DNA of 25,398 bases from Candidatus Eiseniibacteriota bacterium (GTDB lineage: Bacteria > Eisenbacteria > RBG-16-71-46): assembly GCA_031364845.1 (NCBI GenBank), contig JANLWX010000161.1:1-25398 (forward strand). The letters are read 5' to 3'. The position numbers and the translations under genes were made by a program. The notes below the pieces were generated by a model. It searched no databases, was not told where the DNA came from, and saw nothing but the letters and a program-made list of their open reading frames with translations. Positions 17,927 through 25,398 of this stretch are shown piece after piece (position 1 is the stretch's first letter; every line of letters starts with the position of its first letter).

Positions 17927-18340
17927 GTGAACTCTTCCATTCTCCATCGGCTCTGCGCCTTCGCGCTCACACTCGTCGTGGCACTGCCGATCGCACCCCG
18001 TGAACTCGTGGTGCTGTGCTTCGGCGCGGATGGACATGTCGCGTTCGAGAGCGCCTCCGAACTCTCACGCGAGGAAACCGGCGTGGACCGCGGCGAAGAG
18101 GATGCCTTCTGCTCCGACGTGTGCGGGCCGTGCACCGACGTCCAGTTGATCGCCGGCGCCGAGGCCAGTGGCCGTCCCTCGAACGGTACCTCGGTGCTCG
18201 ATCCCTTGAGCACCGTCGCCGTACCCTCGTGGAGCGTAGGTCCTCCATTCACCCATGATCCGCTGCGTCGCGCCTTGTTGCAGCTCGCCGGTCACCACGG
18301 CGGAATTTCACCGCGAGCGCTCGTCGCCCTTCTGATCTGA
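17927..18340 (+). CDS. Small exported/membrane Cys/His-containing protein preceding czcCBA (positional analogue of CzcI)
   Basis: Hydrophobic N-terminus with LCFGADGHVAFE and FCSDVCGPCTDV motifs. Same strand as, and upstream of, the RND operon. Confidence 0.6.
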   Translation: MNSSILHRLCAFALTLVVALPIAPRELVVLCFGADGHVAFESASELSREETGVDRGEEDAFCSDVCGPCTDVQLIAGAEASGRPSNGTSVLDPLSTVAVPSWSVGPPFTHDPLRRALLQLAGHHGGISPRALVALLI

Positions 18341-18442
18341 TCCAGATTCCTTGATCCGCGATGCCGGCCAGGCCCGTGCCTGGCCGCTGCGATCGTTGCC
18401 CTTCGCGCGCGATCGCCTTCCATCCGTGAAAAGGAGTCTGAT

Positions 18443-19798
18443 GTGCGATACCCGCCACTCCCATGGCGCGAGATCGGGCTATTGCCATGGCGAAACGCCG
18501 TGGTGCTCGTTCTCGCGATGACCCTGCTGCCGCGCGTTGCGGCGGTTTCGATGGCACAGGAAGTCGCTGCTCCCGATCCTCCTGCGGGCGACTCGGTCAT
18601 CCCCGCGGTTCCGCGAGTCCTCACTCTCGGCGAAGCCCGGCAACTTGCACGCAGTCACTCGCCACTGCTGGACGCCGCTTCGTGGGCCGCGGTGGCCGCA
18701 GACCGCCGGATCCGGGATGCCGGCCGTCGCGACAACCCTTCGCTCGGCACGACGTACGAAAACTTCGGCGGGTCGCTGCCGTCGGGCTCCGGTGAACTGA
18801 CGATCGATATCACGCAGTCCTTCAATCTCGGGAGCGCTCGCCGTGCGCGCTCGGGGGTCGCCCTCGGAGATCGCGACATCGCGCGGGCCGAGTGGTGGGT
18901 CGAGGGACGATCTCTCGACCGCTATGTCTCCGAATCATTTCTCGACGCGTGGATTTCGCGCGAACGGATGGTCAAGGCGCGTGAAGCGCGTGTGCTCGCC
19001 GAGGAGTTGCTGGTCACGGCGAACGATCGTCTCAGGGCTGGGGCCGCTTCGGTCGTCGAACGGGCACGGGCCGAGGCGAATCTCGCGCTGCGGTCCTCGG
19101 AGGCCATAGGCGCCGAGAGTGCATGGGGTATCGCGCGCCGGAGGCTCGCACAGAGCTGGGGCGCGGGGGATGCCGAGGTCGATTCACTGGTATTGCCGGC
19201 TCCCGATGTGACGCATCCCGCCCCGATGGATTCCCTGATCCCTCGGCTGGAGCAGCATCCCGAAGTGGTGCGCGCGCGAGCCGAGGCCCGCATGGCGGCG
19301 CTTCGAATCCGCGCGGCACGTGCCGCCCGCGTCCCCGACCTCGCAGTGCGATTCGGGGCGCGACAATTCTCGGAGCCGGGCAGCACCGGCTTCGTCGCAG
19401 GCATCGGGATTCCCATTCCCATCTGGAACCGCGGCGGCGGATCCGTGAGCGCCGCCGAAGCCGACCGGTCGGGAGCGGACGTGCGAGTGCGAGCCGCCCA
19501 GATTCGACTCGGTGGTGAGCTGCGTTCTGCGTACGAGCGTCTCGCCGCTTCGACATCCATCTGGCAGGAGATCACGCGAAACGGGTTGCCGTCGGTTGAA
19601 GCTGCTTTCGGAGCGTTGCGATCGGCTTATCGCATGGGACGCGTCGGCTATGTCGACGTGCTCGAGGGTCAGCGTGCTGCGATCGAAACCCGCCTGCTGG
19701 CACTCGACGCCGCTCGCGATGCATGGAGCGCACGTCTCGAACTCGAACGACTCACCGATCTGACGACGCGCCGACCGCGCGACCAGGAGGGACGATGA
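18443..19798 (+). CDS. czcC: Outer-membrane efflux protein, TolC/CzcC family
   Basis: Signal peptide and OEP-type motifs NPSL, HPEV, RVPDL, IPIPIWNRGGG and AYRMG. AAGGAG RBS 6 nt before the GTG. Confidence 0.88.
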   Translation: MRYPPLPWREIGLLPWRNAVVLVLAMTLLPRVAAVSMAQEVAAPDPPAGDSVIPAVPRVLTLGEARQLARSHSPLLDAASWAAVAADRRIRDAGRRDNPSLGTTYENFGGSLPSGSGELTIDITQSFNLGSARRARSGVALGDRDIARAEWWVEGRSLDRYVSESFLDAWISRERMVKAREARVLAEELLVTANDRLRAGAASVVERARAEANLALRSSEAIGAESAWGIARRRLAQSWGAGDAEVDSLVLPAPDVTHPAPMDSLIPRLEQHPEVVRARAEARMAALRIRAARAARVPDLAVRFGARQFSEPGSTGFVAGIGIPIPIWNRGGGSVSAAEADRSGADVRVRAAQIRLGGELRSAYERLAASTSIWQEITRNGLPSVEAAFGALRSAYRMGRVGYVDVLEGQRAAIETRLLALDAARDAWSARLELERLTDLTTRRPRDQEGR

Positions 19799-21141
19799 CG
19801 ATTGAAACGTCGAGCCGCTGCCGCCTCGCGGCGGTGCGCGGAGCAGTCCACGGCGCGTTGCGCACGCCGGGCAAGACGGCGCTGTCGACCGTGCTGGCCC
19901 TGGCACTGCTGGCGAGCGTCTTCGGATGTGCACGCAAGCCGGGGGCTTCCGCTGAAGGCGGACATGCGGAAGGTGAGCACGCCGAGCACAAAGAGGAACA
20001 GGAAGTGGCCCGTGGCCCGCATGGTGGCAGGCTGTTCCCATTCGAAGGGGGTCGTCTCGAGCTCACGATCTACGAGGCGGGCGTGCCGCCGGAGTTTCAG
20101 GCGTATCTCTTGGACGCTGCGGACAAACCGGTCGTCCCTTCTGACGAGCGGCTGGTGGTGCTGCTCGATCGCTTTGGCGGGCGCCGCGACAGCATCGTGT
20201 TCCGAGCCGAGGCAGACCGGCTGCGCAGCACGCGTACGGTCGAGGAACCTCATTCTTACCGGGCGACCGTTCGGCTGGTGCGCGGAGGCGCGACGCACAC
20301 ATGGACCTACGAGCAGGAGGAGGGCCGTGTCGAACTCGCACCCGAAGCGGTCAGTGGTTCGGGTATTCGCATTGGTACGGCCGGACCCGCCTCGATCGCC
20401 GTCACCGTCGACACACCGGGCGAGGTGCGACTCAACGCCGAGAGACTCACCTATGTGAGGCCGCGATATGCCGGCGTCGTGCGCAAACTTCCGTTTCGAC
20501 TCGGACAGTTCGTTCGTCGCGGGGACGTCGTGGCTTCGGTCCAGAGCAGCGAGAGCCTCACCGAGTATTCGATCACCGCGGAGATGTCCGGGACGATCGT
20601 GGCCCGCGAAGCGGCCATCGGCCAGGTCGTGAACGAAGAGACGACGCTCTACACGATCGCCGATCTCTCGACCGTGTGGGTCGACTTCGCGATCTATCCG
20701 CAGAACGCCGGGCGGATTCGCGCCGGGCAGACGGTGTGGATCACGTCGCAGAGCGACTCCACACGGCGCATCCGGGCGAAGATCGCTTTCGTGGGGCCGC
20801 TGCTCGAAGAGGACACGCGCACCACCTACGCGCGCGCCGTGATTGCGAACGCAGACCGCGGATGGCAGCCGGGCCTGTTCGTGATCGCCACCGTCACGCT
20901 CGAAACGCCGCGCGTCGCGGTTGCCGTGCCCGAAGCCGCCATCGTGCGCACCGAACGCGGCCCGGCCGTGTTCCGTGCCAACGGATCGAGTTTCGAGCTG
21001 CAACCGGTCGAAGTCGGCAGGACCGACGGCACCACCACCGAGATCACCAGGGGCCTCGAAGCGGGTGCCGCAATCGTGATCGAGGACGTGTTCCTGCTGA
21101 AGGCGGAACTCGGGAAGTCGGAGGCATCGCATGACCACTGA
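19795..21141 (+). CDS. czcB: RND periplasmic adaptor, CzcB family, probable lipoprotein
   Basis: Lipobox-like VFGC, His-rich HAEGEHAEH, and motifs GPHGGR, IADLSTVWV, WQPGLFV and AVPEAA. GGAGG RBS and ATGA overlap with czcC. Confidence 0.9.
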   Translation: MTIETSSRCRLAAVRGAVHGALRTPGKTALSTVLALALLASVFGCARKPGASAEGGHAEGEHAEHKEEQEVARGPHGGRLFPFEGGRLELTIYEAGVPPEFQAYLLDAADKPVVPSDERLVVLLDRFGGRRDSIVFRAEADRLRSTRTVEEPHSYRATVRLVRGGATHTWTYEQEEGRVELAPEAVSGSGIRIGTAGPASIAVTVDTPGEVRLNAERLTYVRPRYAGVVRKLPFRLGQFVRRGDVVASVQSSESLTEYSITAEMSGTIVAREAAIGQVVNEETTLYTIADLSTVWVDFAIYPQNAGRIRAGQTVWITSQSDSTRRIRAKIAFVGPLLEEDTRTTYARAVIANADRGWQPGLFVIATVTLETPRVAVAVPEAAIVRTERGPAVFRANGSSFELQPVEVGRTDGTTTEITRGLEAGAAIVIEDVFLLKAELGKSEASHDH

Positions 21142-21191
21142 TCTCGGCTGCCGACTCGTCCGTTGCGGCGCTGCCGCGCGCGGAGGCTGCC

Positions 21192-24100
21192 ATGCTTGAG
21201 CGCGTGATCCGTTTCTCCATCCGCCAGCGCGGGCTGGTGGTGCTCGTCACCGCGGGCATGGCAGCCCTCGGCGCCTTTCAATTTGCCCAGCTCCCGATCG
21301 ATGCCGTCCCCGACATCACGAACGTGCAGGTGCAGGTCAACACGGTCGCCGAAGGCTATTCGCCCGAAGAGGTCGAAAAGCAGGTGAGCGTGCCGGTCGA
21401 GGCATCGCTCGCGGGTTTGCCGGGATTGATCGAGATGCGATCGCTGTCGCGTTACGGCCTGTCGCAGATCACCGTCGTGTTCCGCGACGGCACCAACATC
21501 TACTTCGCCCGCCAACTCGTGAACGAGCGTATCCAGGAAGCGCGATCGAATCTCGGGCCGGGCGCTGAGGAGCCGGTGATGGGGCCGATCGCGACCGGAC
21601 TCGGCGAGATCTTCATGTGGACGATCGAAACCAAACCCGGAGCGCGCAAGGCGGACGGCACGCCGTACACCTCGACCGATCTGCGCGAGATCCAGGACTG
21701 GATCGTGAAGCCGCAGTTAAGAACGATCCCCGGCGTGACCGAAATCAACACGATCGGCGGGTACCGCAAGCAGTACCACGTCACCCCCGATCCCGCGCGG
21801 CTCGTAGCGTACGGGCTCACGTTTCACGACATCCAGCTCGCGCTCGAAAACAACAACGCCGCCTCCGCCGGCGGTTACATCGAGCACAAGGCCGAGCAGT
21901 ACCTGGTGCGTTCCACCGGACGTCTCCGGACCGAAGAGGATCTGCGCGACGTCGTGGTCGCCACGCGCGAAGGGGTTCCGATTCGCGTGCGGGATCTGGC
22001 CACGGTCGGCCAGGGCAAGGAATTGCGCACGGGTGCGGCGACCGAGAACGGTGAAGAGGTCGTGCTGGGTACCGCGTTCATGCTGATCGGAGAGAACAGC
22101 CGGCGCGTATCGCAGCGCGTCGCCAAGCGGTTGGAGGAAGTGAACAAGACGCTGCCGGGCGGCGTCGTCGCCAAGACGATCTACGATCGCACGAAACTGG
22201 TCGATGCCACGCTCCACACCGTGCGCACCAATCTGTTCGAGGGCGCGGCTCTCGTGATCGTCATTCTGTTCGCGTTGCTCGGCAACTTCACGGCCGCCGT
22301 TCTGGTGGCGCTCATCATTCCGCTCTCGATGCTGTTCGCCGCGACGGGAATGGTCCAGGGCCACATCAGCGCCAATCTGCTGAGCCTGGGTGCCATCGAC
22401 TTCGGCATCATCGTGGATGGCGCGGTGGTGATGGTCGAGAACATCATCCGGAGATTCGGTGAGCGCCAACACCAACTCGGCAGAACGCTCGACATTCACG
22501 AACGCCTGCACGAATCGTTCGCGGCGTCGGCCGAAGTCGCGCGTCCGACGCTGTTCGGCATGGCGATCATCATGATCGTCTACCTGCCGATCCTGACCCT
22601 CACCGGGATCGAAGGAAAGATGTTCCGCCCGATGGCGCAGGTGGTTCTGCTCGCACTCGCGGGTGCCTTGCTGCTCGCGTTCACGTTCGTGCCCGCGATG
22701 GTGGCGCTCGTGCTACGGGGGCGAGTCAGCGAAACCGAGAGTCCGGTCATTCGTGTGATTCGCCGCGCGTACCTGCCGACGCTCGGCTGGGCGCTGAGCC
22801 GGCGCAAGCTCGTCGTGGCGGGTGCGGTGGTGCTGGTCGCGGCGGTCGGCGTGCTGACCGCGCGCATGGGCAGCGAATTCATGCCGTCGCTCGACGAGCA
22901 CGACATCGCCGCGCACGCGATGCGCATTCCGGGCACGAGCCTGCGCCAGGCGGTCGCGATGCAGAACGATGTCGAGCAGACGATCAAGCGGTTCCCCGAA
23001 GTCGCCTATGTCGTCTCCAAGATCGGAACCGCCGAGATCGCGACCGACCCGATGCCGCCCAACGTCGCGGACGTGCTGATCATGCTGAAGCCGCGCAAGG
23101 AGTGGCCGGATCCGCGCAAGCCCAAGCCGGTGCTGGTGCGGGAGCTGGAGACCAGGCTCGGACTGCTGCCCGGCAACGTCTACGAGTTCACTCAGCCGAT
23201 TCAGATGCGGTTCAACGAGCTGATCGCCGGTGTGAGGAGCGATGTCGCGGTGAAGGTGTTCGGCGACGATCTCGAAACGCTGCTCGGCACCGGGCGCGAT
23301 CTCGAGCGCGTGCTGAAGAGTGTTCCGGGTGCGGCGGACGTGAAGGTCGAGCAGGTGACGGGACTGCCGATGCTCACGGTCGACGTCCAGCGCGCGGTGG
23401 TGGCGCGCTACGGGTTGAACGTGCGCGACGTGCAGGACGTCGTGCGCACCGCACTCGCGGGTAGCGAAGCCGGCAGCGTCTACGAAGGCGACCGCCGCTT
23501 CGAGATCGTCGTGCGGCTGCCCGAGCACGTGCGGTCCGACCCGCGCGCGCTCGCCGAGCTGCCGGTGCCGGTGCCGGCCCGGGCGCACGCGCGGGCGTTG
23601 CCGTCCGCGGCGGGAGAGCACGACCGCGGCGCGTTCGAGTTCGTGCCGCTCGGCACGCTCGCGACGATCTCGGTCGGCGAGGGTCCGAATCAGATCAGCC
23701 GCGAGAACGGCAAGCGCCGGGTCGTGGTGCAGGCTAACGTTCGTGGCCGCGACATCGGCAGTTTCGTCGCCGAAGCCGAACGGCGGATCGCCGCCCAGGT
23801 GACGGTGCCGCCCGGCTATTGGCTTACGTGGGGCGGGCAGTTCGAGAATCTGCGCGCCGCGCGCACGCGGCTTTCGATCGTGGTTCCGCTCGCGTTGCTG
23901 CTGATCCTGCTGCTGCTGTTCGCGGCGTTTGGATCGGTGCTCGATGCGCTGATCGTGTTCAGCGGGGTCCCGCTCGCGCTCACCGGCGGTGTGATCGCGC
24001 TCGCGGCCCGCGGCTTGCCGATCTCGATCAGCGCGGGCATCGGATTCATCGCGCTGTCCGGCGTGGCGGTGCTCAACGGCGTCGTCATGGTGTCGTTCGT

Positions 24101-24371
24101 GCGGCGTCTGCGCGAGGAAGGAATGCCGCTCGATGCCGCGCTGCGCGAAGGCTGCTCCGCGCGGCTGCGGCCGATTCTCATGACCGCACTCGTGGCGTCG
24201 CTCGGGTTCGTGCCGATGGCGATCGCGACCGGCACCGGTGCCGAAGTGCAGCGCCCGCTCGCGACGGTCGTGATCGGCGGCATCATCTCGTCGACGCTGT
24301 TGACGTTGGTGGTGCTTCCGGCGCTCTACCGGTTGCTGCACCGTCAGGTGGAGCGTCCGCCGGAACCGTGA
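21192..24371 (+). CDS. czcA: Heavy-metal efflux RND transporter, CzcA/CusA family (CzcA-like)
   Basis: 1059 aa with LPIDAVPDITNVQVQ, proton-relay motif DFGIIVDGAVVMVEN, RLRPILMTA and GAEVQRPLATVVIGG. Confidence 0.95.
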   Translation: MLERVIRFSIRQRGLVVLVTAGMAALGAFQFAQLPIDAVPDITNVQVQVNTVAEGYSPEEVEKQVSVPVEASLAGLPGLIEMRSLSRYGLSQITVVFRDGTNIYFARQLVNERIQEARSNLGPGAEEPVMGPIATGLGEIFMWTIETKPGARKADGTPYTSTDLREIQDWIVKPQLRTIPGVTEINTIGGYRKQYHVTPDPARLVAYGLTFHDIQLALENNNAASAGGYIEHKAEQYLVRSTGRLRTEEDLRDVVVATREGVPIRVRDLATVGQGKELRTGAATENGEEVVLGTAFMLIGENSRRVSQRVAKRLEEVNKTLPGGVVAKTIYDRTKLVDATLHTVRTNLFEGAALVIVILFALLGNFTAAVLVALIIPLSMLFAATGMVQGHISANLLSLGAIDFGIIVDGAVVMVENIIRRFGERQHQLGRTLDIHERLHESFAASAEVARPTLFGMAIIMIVYLPILTLTGIEGKMFRPMAQVVLLALAGALLLAFTFVPAMVALVLRGRVSETESPVIRVIRRAYLPTLGWALSRRKLVVAGAVVLVAAVGVLTARMGSEFMPSLDEHDIAAHAMRIPGTSLRQAVAMQNDVEQTIKRFPEVAYVVSKIGTAEIATDPMPPNVADVLIMLKPRKEWPDPRKPKPVLVRELETRLGLLPGNVYEFTQPIQMRFNELIAGVRSDVAVKVFGDDLETLLGTGRDLERVLKSVPGAADVKVEQVTGLPMLTVDVQRAVVARYGLNVRDVQDVVRTALAGSEAGSVYEGDRRFEIVVRLPEHVRSDPRALAELPVPVPARAHARALPSAAGEHDRGAFEFVPLGTLATISVGEGPNQISRENGKRRVVVQANVRGRDIGSFVAEAERRIAAQVTVPPGYWLTWGGQFENLRAARTRLSIVVPLALLLILLLLFAAFGSVLDALIVFSGVPLALTGGVIALAARGLPISISAGIGFIALSGVAVLNGVVMVSFVRRLREEGMPLDAALREGCSARLRPILMTALVASLGFVPMAIATGTGAEVQRPLATVVIGGIISSTLLTLVVLPALYRLLHRQVERPPEP

Positions 24372-24543
24372 AGTGCGGGGGTGAAGGGCTGCGAAACGGC
24401 TTGAGATTCCGTAGCAAAGATGCCCCTTCCCTCCGGGTGCTCAAATGTGTAGTATGCCTCCAATCGTTCCGGCGGGCGTTCGGCCGAGGCTGTTTCTCGA
24501 TCGGAACGCCCCAAATCACGCCCCTGCGAAGGAGACGCAGAAC

Positions 24544-25398
24544 ATGTTCACGAACCCGCCGTCGGCCAAGGAAAAGACCAAGGCACTCGACCTCGCGCTG
24601 CAGACGATCGAAAAGCAGTTCGGCAAGGGCGCCATCATGAAGCTCGGCGAGGGCGTCGTCCCGGCTGGCATCGAGGTGATCTCGACCGGCTCGATCGGCC
24701 TCGACATGGCGCTGGGTGTGGGCGGCGTACCGCGCGGACGCATCGTCGAGATCTACGGCCCCGAGTCCTCGGGCAAGACCACGCTCGCGCTCACGATCAT
24801 CGCGAACGCGCAGCGCGGCGGCGGCAACGCGGTGTTCATCGACGCCGAGCACGCGCTCGACTCCGGCTACGCGCAGAAGCTCGGCGTGGACATCGCCAAC
24901 CTGCACGTCGCCCAGCCCGACACCGGTGAAGAGGCACTCGAGATCGCCGATCACCTGGTACGCTCGGGTGCGCTCGACGTGGTGGTCATCGACTCGGTGG
25001 CGGCGCTCACCCCGAAGGCCTAGATCGAGGGGGAGATGGGCGACACGCACGTCGGCCTGCAGGCTCGGCTCATGTCGCAGGCCCTTCGTAAGCTCGCCGG
25101 AACCCTGAACCGCGCCGGCACCATCTGCGTCTTCACGAACCAACTGCGCGAGAAGATCGGCGTCATGTTCGGCTCGCCCGAGGTGACCCCCGGTGGCCGC
25201 GCCCTGAAGTTCTACTCGTCGGTGCGCCTCGACATTCGCCGTATCGAGACCCTCAAAGAGGGGACCGAGATGATCGGCAACCGTTGCCGGGTAAAGGTCG
25301 TCAAGAACAAGGTCGCCCCGCCGTTCCGTCAGGCCGAGTTCGACATCATGTACGGCAAGGGCATCAGCCGCGAAGGCACCCTGCTCGACATCGCCGTC
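24544..25398 (+). pseudogene. recA: recA interrupted by an in-frame TAG at 25021-25023; 3' end lies outside the window
   Basis: [24 protein letters not shown] and [10 protein letters not shown], continuing in the same frame with [24 protein letters not shown]...GGRALKFY...[16 protein letters not shown] before ATG 24544. Confidence 0.9.

Noticed and set aside
24466..24481. LexA box upstream of recA
   Set aside because: GTTC-N8-GTTC does not match the alphaproteobacterial N7 spacing, and no GAAC-N4-GTTC or CTGT-N8-ACAG was found. It cannot be supported without a genome-wide scan.
25021..25023. Genome-wide TAG reassignment or pyrrolysine insertion
   Set aside because: Conserved genes here (ybaB, recR) end in TAG at their expected C-termini, and no pyl genes or suppressor tRNA lie in the window.

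Overview
High-GC bacterial chromosomal segment. The FCB-type secretion C-terminal domain and overall gene set suggest an FCB-superphylum organism such as Ca. Eisenbacteria; this is inference only. From left to right: (1) the right end of an integrated mobile element, with a tyrosine integrase running off the left edge and an att site made of the 3' half of tRNA-Ser(CGA); (2) a secreted protein converging on a TPR/TlpA thioredoxin gene across twin palindromes; (3) tRNA-Ser(GGA), tRNA-Ala(CGC), SRP RNA and dnaX-ybaB-recR; (4) a CNNM/CBS (hemolysin-family) protein; (5) mglB-mglA-pgpA, where MglA has Ser at P-loop position 21 and a long Pro/Ala tail; (6) four type IV minor pilins behind a sigma54-like promoter, a small membrane protein and a convergent GT-C-like membrane protein; (7) cinA; (8) a small Cys/His protein plus a czcCBA-type heavy-metal RND operon; (9) recA, which runs off the right edge. 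recA has an in-frame TAG at a conserved Glu, and its 3' half looks different in origin from its 5' half, which could be a misassembly, a sequencing error or a real event. No CRISPR array or rRNA was seen.
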